From the NCBI GenBank assembly GCA_963668315.1, contig OY764216.1, positions 2,048,001-2,112,000 on the forward strand: a stretch of DNA of 64,000 nt, written 5' to 3'. The position numbers and the translations under genes were made by a program. Each line of letters begins with the position of its first letter. Position 1 is the first letter of the stretch. The notes beneath the pieces were generated by a model. It had not been told where the DNA came from and made no database searches. It was given only the letters and a program-made list of their open reading frames with translations. The stretch comes from Spirochaetia bacterium (GTDB taxonomy: Bacteria > Spirochaetota > Spirochaetia > DSM-2461). Below, one piece after another: positions 36,918 to 46,992 of the stretch.

Positions 36918-37974
36918 TTCAGGCAATTATCTGCTCCTGAAAAAAGCGGAAACCGGTTCTCTCGCAGGAGGCGATAATCTCCTGCAGTCCGGGTTCTGGG
37001 GGCGGTTCAAGGAAAAGCAGGGATGGCGGACCTATCCTTTCCGGTACAGCTGGGAGGGCAGGGACCTGTCCCTTCTCGTGCTGGTCAGGCGTCTGGGGCG
37101 CATCCTGCCCATCGCCTATGTTCCCTTCGGCCCCGAGCTGACCGGTGTCCGGGATGCCGATCATCTGAGAGCCCTGGGAGAAGCGCTCCTGACAGAGCTC
37201 CCCCTGGGGACCCTTTTTGTCCGCTTTGATCTGACCGCGTCCCGTGCCGGATCTCCCGGCGATTCCCTCCCCGCCGAGGCGGGACTGACCAAGGCATCCT
37301 CCGATGTTCAGCCCCCCGATACGGTTATCCTCAATCTGAAACCTGATCTTGAATCCATCCGCTCGGGAATGCATAAAAAATGGCGCTACAACATCAGCCT
37401 GGCCGAGAAGAAGGGGGTGCGCGTTGTCGAGACGTCTTCCGCGAATCTCGGGGAATGGTATGAACTTTACCGGGTGACCGGGGAGAGGGATAAAATCGCC
37501 CTCCATCCCGAATCCTACTATCTGCGGCTTTTTGATATGGCCCGGGACAGCGCTGTTTCAGGGGGAACTGCGGGCAGGGATTATCCCGACCTGCGGCTGT
37601 GGCTGGCCTATTATGAGGATGAGCTGCTGGCCGGTATCATCACCTCTTTTTACGGGAAAAGAGCCACCTATCTTTACGGAGCTTCCTCCAACAGCCACAG
37701 GAACCTTATGCCCAGTTACGCTTTGCAGTGGGCAGCCATCCAGGCGGCAAAGGCGGGGGGCTGCGAAGAGTATGATTTCTTCGGGATTCCTCCCGCGGAC
37801 GATCCGGAACATCCCATGCACGGTTTATACCGGTTCAAGGTGAATTTCGGCGGAGATGTGGTCCATTACGAAGGGTGCTGGGACCGGGTATACGGAAAAC
37901 TTTTCTATACCCTCTATTCCCTGGCGGAAAAAGCCCGTCTCTGGTATTACAAGAAATTCCGTAAAAGGGACTAG
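36898..37974 (+). CDS. FemAB/FemX-family peptidoglycan aminoacyltransferase
   Basis: LQS.FW..FK...GW, K.RYNI.LA.KKGV, YLYGASS, LQW.AI, YDF.GI, GLYRFK..FGG. Confidence 0.92.
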   Translation: MPAPLADSGNYLLLKKAETGSLAGGDNLLQSGFWGRFKEKQGWRTYPFRYSWEGRDLSLLVLVRRLGRILPIAYVPFGPELTGVRDADHLRALGEALLTELPLGTLFVRFDLTASRAGSPGDSLPAEAGLTKASSDVQPPDTVILNLKPDLESIRSGMHKKWRYNISLAEKKGVRVVETSSANLGEWYELYRVTGERDKIALHPESYYLRLFDMARDSAVSGGTAGRDYPDLRLWLAYYEDELLAGIITSFYGKRATYLYGASSNSHRNLMPSYALQWAAIQAAKAGGCEEYDFFGIPPADDPEHPMHGLYRFKVNFGGDVVHYEGCWDRVYGKLFYTLYSLAEKARLWYYKKFRKRD

Positions 37975-39533
37975 CTTTCCGGCGCATCCTCTCCGTTTAG
38001 GGGAAAAAGAATCGTCATCACCGTACCCGAAGGGGAGGACGATTCAAGGAAAATATGTCCCCCGTAGCGGGATATGATGCCCGAAGCCTGAGCCAGGCCC
38101 AGGCCGTCCTTGCCATCTTTTGTGGTGAAAAAGGGGTCAAAGACCCTGGTTTTGAACTCTTCGGGAATTCCCGATCCTCCGTCTTTGATTTCTATGCGGA
38201 TCCACCGGCGTATCCCTTCATCCCTGAAACGGGTGGATTCGGGCAAGGCCATCGGCTCCGTCCTCTCACTCATCATCGTGATCACCCCTTCCCCCGCCAT
38301 GGATTCCGCGGCGTTTTCCAGAAGATTGGAAATCACCTGCTGCAGATGCTTTCTCCCTATCCCGACGGTAATCCTTTCCCCGGGGGGAGTGACGACTATC
38401 CTGACCGGCGAACCGGAGAGTCTTTTCCACTCTTCGGAGATCTCTTTCAGAGATATGCCGATATCCACATCACCCCTTCCGTAGAGGTTCTGCCGGCTGT
38501 AGTCCGTCAGTTTTCTCATGAATTGAGACATCCGGCTGCTCGATTCCTTCAGACTGTTCAGAAGAGGCTTGCCCTCCTCAGGGAAATCGGGGACCATCTC
38601 CAGGTTATCGCTTAAGCCGAATATGCCGGTGAGGACATTATTGATCTCATGGGCCAATCCGGCGATGATCTGGCTGATGGTGCTCTCCTTCTCCTGGCGG
38701 ATGTTCTCCTCGTACTCTCTTTTCTGGTCCCGGATTATTCTGACCATGAGGCGCATGATGGTAAAATACGTCACCAGGGAGATGGTCAGGATCAGAAGGA
38801 AGGCCTCCAGGAAAGCCATATGCAGATTTTTTCTCGTCTCTATCCGGGCTTTCTCTGCATTCAGTTCTGCTGAGAGATAATAATCCGTATTATTCAGAGG
38901 GGCTGAGTCGGCAAGATCGGGATATTTCTTTCTTCTGAGGGGGCTTTCCGTTACGGAAACGTTTTTCAGGAGGGCATAGTGCTCCTGGGAGAAATCGCAG
39001 AGAAAGAAAACGGCCTGATCCCATCCGATGACGAGTCCGTTGTGCGTTATCCGGTGATTCAGAACAATATGGCACCCCTTTTCATTACGCATGAAGGAGA
39101 TTTCCCTGTCGGGAAAACCGACGTCGTTGGGAAAATTCACGGGATATTCGGCAATGAGACGGTTTTTGTCGTCCACCCTCCGAACATAGACAATATTATT
39201 ATAGACTTTCGCTCCGTCGGTATATTTAGGCTGGGTAAAGTTCCTGGTCTCATCCAGACTGTTCTTTCCCGTATACAGGGCATAGAGGGAGTCCCTGATC
39301 ATGGAGCGGCTCGATAGGGCGTCTATGTTTTCATGGGCCGTCTGAATCATATGATAGAAATTATTGGCCGTCAGATTCAGTTCATAGCGGAAATCGGAGG
39401 AGACCCTTTCCCTCTGGTTGAGTCCGTTGATCAGAAAGGTCCCGGCAAGCAGAAAAACTACGACCGAGAGGGTGAATAACAGTACCTGGAGATAAAAAAC
39501 GTATTTAATATCCTTCTGCATTTGTTTAATCAT
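37971..39533 (-). CDS. Membrane sensor histidine kinase (start uncertain)
   Basis: 2 TM flanking a periplasmic domain; H-box AHEINN, N-box NLLENA, DGGSGI, FDPFFTTK, GLGL. Confidence 0.9.
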   Translation of the reverse strand: MIKQMQKDIKYVFYLQVLLFTLSVVVFLLAGTFLINGLNQRERVSSDFRYELNLTANNFYHMIQTAHENIDALSSRSMIRDSLYALYTGKNSLDETRNFTQPKYTDGAKVYNNIVYVRRVDDKNRLIAEYPVNFPNDVGFPDREISFMRNEKGCHIVLNHRITHNGLVIGWDQAVFFLCDFSQEHYALLKNVSVTESPLRRKKYPDLADSAPLNNTDYYLSAELNAEKARIETRKNLHMAFLEAFLLILTISLVTYFTIMRLMVRIIRDQKREYEENIRQEKESTISQIIAGLAHEINNVLTGIFGLSDNLEMVPDFPEEGKPLLNSLKESSSRMSQFMRKLTDYSRQNLYGRGDVDIGISLKEISEEWKRLSGSPVRIVVTPPGERITVGIGRKHLQQVISNLLENAAESMAGEGVITMMSERTEPMALPESTRFRDEGIRRWIRIEIKDGGSGIPEEFKTRVFDPFFTTKDGKDGLGLAQASGIISRYGGHIFLESSSPSGTVMTILFPLNGEDAPES

Positions 39534-39571
39534 AGGTGAAAACCGGTGGCCGTACAAGCATAATTACCGGC

Positions 39572-39600
39572 TTGAAAAGAAAAACAAATCCGATTAGAAT
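39572..39600 (+). promoter_or_regulatory. Sigma70-like promoter (leaderless architecture)
   Basis: TTGAAA-17-TAGAAT, 6 nt before ATG 39607; no SD. Confidence 0.7.
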
Positions 39601-39606
39601 AGCACC

Positions 39607-39894
39607 ATGTCACAGTGTGCCAATTGCGGGTCGCCCGTGGAAAGCTCCGTTTACAGAAATACTCTCTGCCCCGCCTGCGGAAAAGAGCTCCATTCATGTG
39701 TGAACTGCCGCCATTACGCCCCGGGGAAACCCTATGACTGCGCCGAGTCCATTTCCGAACCGGTAACCGATAAGCAGCGGGCGAATTTCTGTGATTTTTT
39801 TCAGATAAATACAAAAAAAGACGGCTCTCCCGATAAGAAAGGCGGAGGGGCACAGTCGGCCAAGGATGCGTTTGATGCTCTCTTCGGAGATTAG
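39607..39894 (+). CDS. Small 8-Cys putative double zinc-binding protein
   Basis: CANC...CPAC...CVNC...C...NFCDFF, C-terminal AKDAFDALF. Confidence 0.85.
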   Translation: MSQCANCGSPVESSVYRNTLCPACGKELHSCVNCRHYAPGKPYDCAESISEPVTDKQRANFCDFFQINTKKDGSPDKKGGGAQSAKDAFDALFGD

Positions 39895-40693
39895 GCAGAG
39901 GCCTGTCGCTGTTCTGGACTCGGGTATCGGCGGGATTCCCTATCTGGTCAAGCTGCGCAAAAAACTCCCCCGGGAAAATTACCTCTATCTGGCAGATCAC
40001 AAGAATTTCCCCTACGGAAGCAAGTCGGCTCAGGATGTGAGGCGACATGTTCTGGAAGCGGCGGACCGGCTCTTTTCTCTTGATACGCCCAAGATGATTA
40101 TCCTGGCCTGCAATACGGCTTCCGTCTCGGCTCTGCAGGTCCTCAGGGACCATGTGGATGTTCCCGTCGTGGGAGTGGTTCCCGCGGTAAAACCGGCGGC
40201 CTCCCTGTCGGGGAAGAGAACCATAGGCGTACTGGCTACGGAGAACACCGTACACGCCCCCTATCTGGACGGTCTGATCGAACAGTTCGCCGGAGAGTGC
40301 CGGGTGGTCCGGGTCGGCGCGGGAGATATCGTGACTTTCGTGGAGAACCGGCTTTTCTCCTCCGACCGGGAGGAGCAGGCGCGGCTCATCGCGCCGGCTG
40401 TGGAGGAGTTCCGCAGAGAGAAAGTGGACCGGGTGGTCCTGGGCTGCACCCACTTTACCTATCTGGAAGAGAGCATCCGGCATCTGTCGGGGGGAGCCTT
40501 TCTTCCGGTCGATTCCCGTGAGGGGGTGGCCAATCAGGCCGTGAGAATTCTGGATCAGAGTGATATGCTGAGGCGCAAGGGGGAGGGGACCTCCCTGTTT
40601 TATACAACCCGTATCAGGGAAGACGACTATTACCACAGGGTATGCGAGCGCTTCTTTCTGGAATACCGGGGCGAAGGGGAAGGACCGGTCTGA
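39866..40693 (+). CDS. murI: Glutamate racemase
   Basis: DSGIGG, PYGSK, ACNTAS, VLGCTHF (start may be 39875). Confidence 0.96.
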   Translation: MRLMLSSEIRQRPVAVLDSGIGGIPYLVKLRKKLPRENYLYLADHKNFPYGSKSAQDVRRHVLEAADRLFSLDTPKMIILACNTASVSALQVLRDHVDVPVVGVVPAVKPAASLSGKRTIGVLATENTVHAPYLDGLIEQFAGECRVVRVGAGDIVTFVENRLFSSDREEQARLIAPAVEEFRREKVDRVVLGCTHFTYLEESIRHLSGGAFLPVDSREGVANQAVRILDQSDMLRRKGEGTSLFYTTRIREDDYYHRVCERFFLEYRGEGEGPV

Positions 40694-41613
40694 TGGAAGG
40701 AGTCGTTTATTTCGGCATTAATAATATCTATACAGTCAAGGAAAATCGTTCCGGCGATATTTTCCAGTGCCGCTTCAAGGGAAAGGTCCTTCGCGACGAG
40801 GAGGGGGAGTTCATCCGCGATGTCTATAATCCCCTGACCCCCGGCGACCGGGTCGAGTTCGAAAAGGACGAGGGCCATCCCGGCCAGGGAATGATCACCC
40901 TGAGGCTCCGGCGGGACAACTGGTTCTGCCGGCTGAACATCAAAAGAAGAACCCCCCAGTTCATCGCGGCCAATATCGATTATCTCCTCTGTTTCACCTC
41001 GGTGAAAAATCCGCCCTTCCGTCCCCGTTTTCTGGACCGGGTGCTTATCTCCGCCGAAAGGGGAGGTGTCAAGCCGGTCGTGGTCGTCAACAAAATCGAT
41101 CTGGGCATGGATGAAGAAACGGAGGAAAGACTGGCCCACTACAGGCTGATGGGATTTGAGATTTTCTCCTGTTCCGCCGCCACAGGCGAGGGACTGGAGG
41201 AACTGAACCGCTTTATCGGCCAGTCGCGCATCGCCGTGTTCGGCCAGTCCGGCGTGGGAAAATCCACCCTGCTGAATGCCCTGGAACCGGGAATCGATCT
41301 GAAAACGGCCGAACTATCGGATAAATACGACCGGGGAAAGCATACCACCAACTATTCTATGATGATCGACCGGGCCGACGGGGGGGGGATTATCGATACC
41401 CCCGGTATCCGCCAGCTTTTTCTCTGGGGGGTTGAGAAGGAAGAACTGGGCCACTATTTTTCCGAGATGGAGCCCTACTGGAGGGAGTGCCGCTTCTCCG
41501 GATGTTCCCATCGGGAAGAACCGGGCTGCCGCGTCCGTCAGGCCGTGGAAGAGGGGGCCATTCACCCCGACAGATACGAGAGCTACCTGCGTATTTACGA
41601 GGAGCTGGTTTGA
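40693..41613 (+). CDS. rsgA: Ribosome small-subunit-dependent GTPase A
   Basis: NKID, GQSGVGKS, RGKHTT, DTPG, CRFSGCSH.EEPGC. Confidence 0.96.
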   Translation: MEGVVYFGINNIYTVKENRSGDIFQCRFKGKVLRDEEGEFIRDVYNPLTPGDRVEFEKDEGHPGQGMITLRLRRDNWFCRLNIKRRTPQFIAANIDYLLCFTSVKNPPFRPRFLDRVLISAERGGVKPVVVVNKIDLGMDEETEERLAHYRLMGFEIFSCSAATGEGLEELNRFIGQSRIAVFGQSGVGKSTLLNALEPGIDLKTAELSDKYDRGKHTTNYSMMIDRADGGGIIDTPGIRQLFLWGVEKEELGHYFSEMEPYWRECRFSGCSHREEPGCRVRQAVEEGAIHPDRYESYLRIYEELV

Positions 41614-42179
41614 GAAGACTGATTATCTATCTGCTGGTTTGCCCTCCTTTTCTTTTCTCCTGCCTGACCTTGCAGGGAGAACTTCTGGTCAATTCAGCCG
41701 ACAGCTATCAGCTTACTTTGAACTATTCCGTCAATAAAGAATTCGCCTCCATAAAATATCTTGCCAGTAATGCCGCCGTTCTGCCCCTGCCGCTGAACGA
41801 GGATGAGTGGCTGGCCTTCGCCTCGAAATCTCCGGGTGTTAAATTTCTGCCTTCCTATTTCCAGATCAGCGAAAGGGGTGAGAGGATCTCTCTGCAGGTC
41901 AGGCTTCTGCTGGACGATCCGGGAATTCTGGAGGAGCTGCTGTCCTGCCGCGTCACAGGGGAGGAAAATCCCGGCCGGCTGACCCTGGAATTCAACCGGG
42001 GGGCGGGAGAGCCGTCCGAAGAGGCCGTCGCCTTTATCAATGGCTATTGCGCGGGGGAGGAGATACGCTTTGACATGTCCGGACCGGGGGGAGCGGAATC
42101 ATCGGGGAGCTGGCCGCTCAGGGAACTGCTTCTGGCCGATGAAGCACCCCGAATCACCTTAGAATGGGAGGAACCCTGA
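41610..42179 (+). CDS. Hypothetical lipoprotein
   Basis: TTG at 41610 overlapping the rsgA stop; RRLIIYLLVCPPFLFSC lipobox-like. Confidence 0.65.
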   Translation: MRRLIIYLLVCPPFLFSCLTLQGELLVNSADSYQLTLNYSVNKEFASIKYLASNAAVLPLPLNEDEWLAFASKSPGVKFLPSYFQISERGERISLQVRLLLDDPGILEELLSCRVTGEENPGRLTLEFNRGAGEPSEEAVAFINGYCAGEEIRFDMSGPGGAESSGSWPLRELLLADEAPRITLEWEEP

Positions 42180-42580
42180 TGGTACAGCATCCTAAATCCA
42201 AAGAGTGGGATGATAAAATGAAAGCCATGTTCGACCGGATCGATGATTATCTGGAGGACAAGTACGGGAAAGACTATCCCCTTCACCCCAATCGTATGAA
42301 AAGAGGAACCACGGCCAATAAGTCCATGGACGGGTTATTTAATGTAGGGGCTTCCTACTCCGCCGGATATGGTTCTAAATATGGCAAAGGGTACGTTATT
42401 GAAGTCCATCTTTCCACCCTTTCCGGAGTGGACCCGGATGTGAGAAAGAAGATCGAAGGGGAAGTCGAAGCACTGGTGGAAAAATTCCTTCCCGAGTATT
42501 TTCCCGATCGATTCCTCGATTGCGAGAGGGACGGCAATGTATTGAAAATTTTCGGTGACCTTTCCCTTGGTTCTCTCTAG
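42179..42580 (+). CDS. Conserved hypothetical protein upstream of the V-ATPase operon
   Basis: ATG 42179 after GGAGG; DDYLEDKYG..YPLHPNR..RGTT..DGLF..GYGSKYGKGY looks like a conserved core. Confidence 0.8.
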   Translation: MVQHPKSKEWDDKMKAMFDRIDDYLEDKYGKDYPLHPNRMKRGTTANKSMDGLFNVGASYSAGYGSKYGKGYVIEVHLSTLSGVDPDVRKKIEGEVEALVEKFLPEYFPDRFLDCERDGNVLKIFGDLSLGSL

Positions 42581-42782
42581 GGATTGATAACCTTTCGATG
42601 GAAGAGGACAGCAGGAGACATTGAGGGACATGTTCGGTGTAAAAATAAAAAAAGGAATTGAATGTGTTTGAAAGAGTATTTAATATTGATTATGATAACT
42701 TTGAATACATTTATTTTTATATGGTTATTTCTCTGTTATAGAGTATCAGATTCAAGTTTATAAAAAGGAAAAGAGGTTTGTA

Positions 42783-43379
42783 ATGGACGCTCAATTGAAA
42801 GAATTCATCGAGAAGATCAAATCGGACGGAGTGAAAACCGCCGGTGAAGAAGCGGCTAAGATAGTGGCCGATGCGGAGAAGAAAGCCACCCAGATCATCG
42901 CCGAGGCGGAAAGAAAGGCCGAAGAAACCAGAAGTAAAGCCGAAGCCGATGCCGCCCGTTCCGAAGCCAGTGGAAAGGATGCTCTGAAGCAGGCCGGCAG
43001 AAATCTTCTGATTGATCTGAGGAAAGAAGTGGAAACCCTTTTCGGTTCCCTGCTCGAAGGAGAAATCCGGACGGCTCTTTCTGCGGACGCGGTTGAGAAA
43101 TCCATTATTACGGTTATCGGCAATTGGGCCCAGAAGGAAGCGGGAGAACTGGAACTGCTTCTGCCCGAGAAAGATCTCGCCGAACTGGAGAAGGGCCTCA
43201 AGAAGAAACTGGCCGACCAGATGAAGGCGGGCATGGAAATCAAACCCTTCAAGGATCTGGAAGCGGGATTCCGCATTTCCACCAAAGACGGCTCGGCTTT
43301 CTATGACTTCTCCGATGAAGAGCTGACGGCTCTCTATTCCCGTTATCTCAGCCCCTCTCTTTTTGAAGCGGTAAAGTAA
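42783..43379 (+). CDS. ntpE: V/A-type ATP synthase subunit E
   Basis: LIEKIK.DGV coiled-coil N-terminus, GF.I...DG...YDFSDE; first gene of the operon. Confidence 0.9.
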   Translation: MDAQLKEFIEKIKSDGVKTAGEEAAKIVADAEKKATQIIAEAERKAEETRSKAEADAARSEASGKDALKQAGRNLLIDLRKEVETLFGSLLEGEIRTALSADAVEKSIITVIGNWAQKEAGELELLLPEKDLAELEKGLKKKLADQMKAGMEIKPFKDLEAGFRISTKDGSAFYDFSDEELTALYSRYLSPSLFEAVK

Positions 43380-43389
43380 GGAGAATCAC

Positions 43390-43956
43390 GTGGGAAAAGC
43401 CTATTATTATACAGCGGCGACACTCCCTATGCTCTTTTACGATAACCAGCTTCCCGTGAGGAGGGAGGATTTTCTGGACATCTGTTCCCGCACCATGTCG
43501 GAGGCGGATTTTCAGGCTGTGGAAACGTGTACCATAGCCGTGGAAGAAGAGGGAAAGACAGGCGGATTCGCCGGACAGTACCGGGCATGGGAAATCGCCC
43601 TGAGAAACGCCCTCGTCAAAGTCCGCGCCAAAGAGCAGGGACTGGACGAAAGGGAATTCCTCAGAGAAGGGGGAGACGGCTTCGGCGTGGACGAAATCGC
43701 CTCTTCCGCCATCAAAATCGATTCTCCCCTGGAAGCGGAGCATTTTCTTAACCGCGCCCGCTGGCATTATGTGGAAGAACTGACTTCCGGCCATATCATG
43801 GACCTTGAATACCTTCAGGGTTATTTTCTGCAGCTGCAGATCCTGGAGAGAAAAGAGTCCTTTCAGGAAGAAAAGGGTTTCCGTAATTACCGGAAACTCT
43901 ACGAGGATATACTGAGCGTTCGTAAAGAGGGCGCTGATAATGAGGTGACCGAATGA
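43390..43956 (+). CDS. V-ATPase-associated DUF2764 protein (subunit C-like)
   Basis: YY...LP.L, WE.ALRNAL...RA, PLEAE..L...RW; position between E and A. Confidence 0.85.
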   Translation: MGKAYYYTAATLPMLFYDNQLPVRREDFLDICSRTMSEADFQAVETCTIAVEEEGKTGGFAGQYRAWEIALRNALVKVRAKEQGLDEREFLREGGDGFGVDEIASSAIKIDSPLEAEHFLNRARWHYVEELTSGHIMDLEYLQGYFLQLQILERKESFQEEKGFRNYRKLYEDILSVRKEGADNEVTE

Positions 43957-45677
43957 AACAAGGAAAAGTTGTAGGTATAAACGGAAACATGGTTACTGTT
44001 GCCCTTGAGAGCACCGTAATCATGAATGAAGTGGGCTACATCATCAACGCCGAAGGAAAACGGCTTAAGTCGGAGGTAATCCGGGTTATGGGTGATGAGG
44101 CTCAGCTTCAGGTATTTGAAATAACCAAGGGAATCTCCATTGGTGACGGATGCGAGTTCACCGGAGAGCTTCTGGCCGCCGAGCTGGGACCCGGTCTTCT
44201 GGGACAGGTTTACGACGGTCTTCAGAACCCCCTTCCCGAGCTGGCCGAACAGGCGGGCTACTTCCTCGAAAGAGGTATTTACATCGATCCCCTTTCCCGG
44301 GAGAGACGCTGGGACTTCACCCCCGTAGCCCATGAGGGAGACAAGGTGGAAAAGGCCGATACCCTCGGTACCGTTCCCGAAGGCCCCTTCAAGCATAACG
44401 TCATGGTCCCCTTCAACATGCTGGACACCTACACCGTGAAAAGCATCAAGCCCGCGGGAAGTTACCTCATTACCGACGTCATCGCCGTGGTAACGGACAG
44501 CAAGGGCAACGAATATAATCTGACCATGTCTTTCCAGTGGCCCGTCAAGAGAGCCATCACCTGTTACGAGGAGAGACTCAAGCCGACCGAGCCCATGCTC
44601 ACCAAGACGCGGGTTATCGATACCTTTCTTCCCGTGGCCAAGGGCGGTACCTACTGTATTCCCGGTCCCTTCGGCGCGGGTAAAACCGTACTTCAGCAGA
44701 CCACCAGTAAGTACGCCGACGTGGACGTGGTTATCGTGGCCGCCTGCGGCGAGCGCGCCGGTGAGGTTGTGGAAACCCTCAAGGAGTTCCCCGAGCTGAC
44801 CGACCCCAAGACGGGCAAGTCCCTTATGGAAAGAACGATTATCATCTGTAACACCTCTTCCATGCCCGTTGCTTCCCGTGAAGCTTCGGTATACACCGCG
44901 GTGACCCTGGCGGAGTACTACCGCCAGATGGGGCTGGATGTTCTGCTTCTGGCCGACTCCACAAGCCGCTGGGCCCAGGCCATGAGAGAGATGTCCGGAC
45001 GTCTGGAAGAGATTCCCGGCGAGGAAGCCTTCCCCGCCTATCTGGAGTCCTCCATCGCCGGTTTTTACGAGAGAGCCGGTATCGTCAAGCTCAGAAACGG
45101 CAAGAAAGGTTCGGTTACCATCGGCGGTACCGTATCCCCCGCGGGCGGTAACTTCGAAGAACCCGTTACCCAGGCTACCCTGAAAGTTGTGGGCGCCTTC
45201 CACGGTCTTTCCCGTGAACGTTCCGACGCCCGTAAATATCCCGCCATCCACCCCATCGACTCCTGGTCCAAATACAAGGGCATCATGGATGAGACCAAGA
45301 CGACGCAGATGTATGACCTGCTCAAGCGCGGTTACGAGGTAGAGGCGATGATGAAGGTCGTCGGCGAAGAGGGAACTTCTCTGGCCGACTACCTGATCTA
45401 TCTGGAAGGGGAATTCCTGGACTCGGTTTACTTCCAGCAGAACTCCTTTGATGCGGTGGACGCCTCGGTGGCACCGGACAGGCAGAGCCATGTTTTCGGA
45501 AAGATCTACGATCTGCTGACCTCCAAACTCAGCCTGGACGAGAAGGGATCAGCCCGTTCCTGGTTCAACCGGCTCAGACAGAAATTCCTCGACTGGAACA
45601 GTGCCGAATGGGAAAGCGACGAGTATAAGAAGCTCGAAAGCGACATCGACGCTCAGATCGCCGAGATAGTGGCCTAA
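43953..45677 (+). CDS. ntpA: V/A-type ATP synthase subunit A
   Basis: [40 protein letters not shown]. Confidence 0.98.
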   Translation: MKQGKVVGINGNMVTVALESTVIMNEVGYIINAEGKRLKSEVIRVMGDEAQLQVFEITKGISIGDGCEFTGELLAAELGPGLLGQVYDGLQNPLPELAEQAGYFLERGIYIDPLSRERRWDFTPVAHEGDKVEKADTLGTVPEGPFKHNVMVPFNMLDTYTVKSIKPAGSYLITDVIAVVTDSKGNEYNLTMSFQWPVKRAITCYEERLKPTEPMLTKTRVIDTFLPVAKGGTYCIPGPFGAGKTVLQQTTSKYADVDVVIVAACGERAGEVVETLKEFPELTDPKTGKSLMERTIIICNTSSMPVASREASVYTAVTLAEYYRQMGLDVLLLADSTSRWAQAMREMSGRLEEIPGEEAFPAYLESSIAGFYERAGIVKLRNGKKGSVTIGGTVSPAGGNFEEPVTQATLKVVGAFHGLSRERSDARKYPAIHPIDSWSKYKGIMDETKTTQMYDLLKRGYEVEAMMKVVGEEGTSLADYLIYLEGEFLDSVYFQQNSFDAVDASVAPDRQSHVFGKIYDLLTSKLSLDEKGSARSWFNRLRQKFLDWNSAEWESDEYKKLESDIDAQIAEIVA

Positions 45678-45690
45678 GGAAGGGAGAACG

Positions 45691-46989
45691 ATGAGAAAAG
45701 TATACAGTAAAATAGAAACAATTGCGGGAAACGTCATCTCCGTAAAAGCCGACGGGGTAAGCTACGGGGAGCTGGCCGAAGTATCCACCTCCTACGGCAA
45801 GTCCCTGGCCGAGGTCATCAAGCTTGACCATGACATGGTTTCCCTTCAGGTATTCGCCGGAGGCCGCGGTATCTCCACGGGCGACGAAATCCGCTTCCTC
45901 GGCCACCCCATGAAGGTTTCCTTCTCGGATAATCTCACCGGCCGTATCTTCAACGGTTCCGGTGTCCCCCGTGACAAGGGCCCCGAGCTGACCGAGAACA
46001 TGATCACCATCGGCGGACCGTCCTTCAACCCCGCCAAGAGAGTCATCCCCCGGAACATGATCAGAACCGGTATTCCCATGATCGACCTTTTCAACACCCT
46101 GGTCGAATCCCAGAAGCTCCCCATTTTCTCCGTTTCCGGTGAACCCTACAATGAGCTTCTGGCCCGGATCGCCATGCAGGCCGAAGTCGACCTTATCATT
46201 CTGGGCGGTATGGGACTCAAGTACGACGACTACCTTTTCTTCAAGGACACCCTGGAAGAGGGAGGCGCTCTGAGCCGGACCATCATGTTCGTCCATACCG
46301 CGTCGGACCCCACCGTAGAATGCCTCATGGTTCCCGATATCTCCCTGGCCGTGGCCGAGAAATTCGCCCTTCAGGGAAAGAAAGTTCTGGTTCTCCTTAC
46401 GGATATGACCAACTTCGCCGACGCCATGAAAGAGATCGCCATTACCCAGGAACAGGTTCCTTCCAACCGTGGTTATCCCGGTGACCTTTACTCCCAGCTG
46501 GCCTCCCGTTACGAGAAGGCCGTGGACATCGAAGGTTCCGGTTCCATCACCGTTCTGGGAGTAACCACCATGCCCGGTGACGACGTAACCCATCCGGTTC
46601 CCGACAACACGGGGTATATCACCGAGGGTCAGTACTACCTGAAAAACGGCCGTATCGAGCCTTTCGGTTCCCTTTCCCGTCTGAAACAGCAGGTTAACGA
46701 CAGGACCAGAGAGGACCACCGAGCCCTTATGGACGGTATGATCAAGCTCTACGCCGCCTACAAGGACTCACTGGAGAAACAGTCCATGGGTTTCCAGATG
46801 TCCGCCTGGGACGACAAGCTTCTGAAATACGGGGAATCCTTCGAGGCCGTCATGATGGACCTGACCGTGAATATTCCCCTGGAAAAGGCACTGGACGAAG
46901 GATGGCGCATCCTGTCCGACTGTTTCGATCCGGCCGAGACGGGTATGAAAACGTCGCTGATTGAAAAATTCTGGCCTAAAGAGAGGTAA
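45691..46989 (+). CDS. ntpB: V/A-type ATP synthase subunit B
   Basis: [35 protein letters not shown]. Confidence 0.98.
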   Translation: MRKVYSKIETIAGNVISVKADGVSYGELAEVSTSYGKSLAEVIKLDHDMVSLQVFAGGRGISTGDEIRFLGHPMKVSFSDNLTGRIFNGSGVPRDKGPELTENMITIGGPSFNPAKRVIPRNMIRTGIPMIDLFNTLVESQKLPIFSVSGEPYNELLARIAMQAEVDLIILGGMGLKYDDYLFFKDTLEEGGALSRTIMFVHTASDPTVECLMVPDISLAVAEKFALQGKKVLVLLTDMTNFADAMKEIAITQEQVPSNRGYPGDLYSQLASRYEKAVDIEGSGSITVLGVTTMPGDDVTHPVPDNTGYITEGQYYLKNGRIEPFGSLSRLKQQVNDRTREDHRALMDGMIKLYAAYKDSLEKQSMGFQMSAWDDKLLKYGESFEAVMMDLTVNIPLEKALDEGWRILSDCFDPAETGMKTSLIEKFWPKER

Positions 46990-46992
46990 GCT

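Noticed and set aside
42581..42782. Possible Na+ riboswitch or small F/G subunit gene ahead of the V-ATPase
   Set aside because: AT-rich promoter-like DNA with no convincing stem structure and no suitable ORF.
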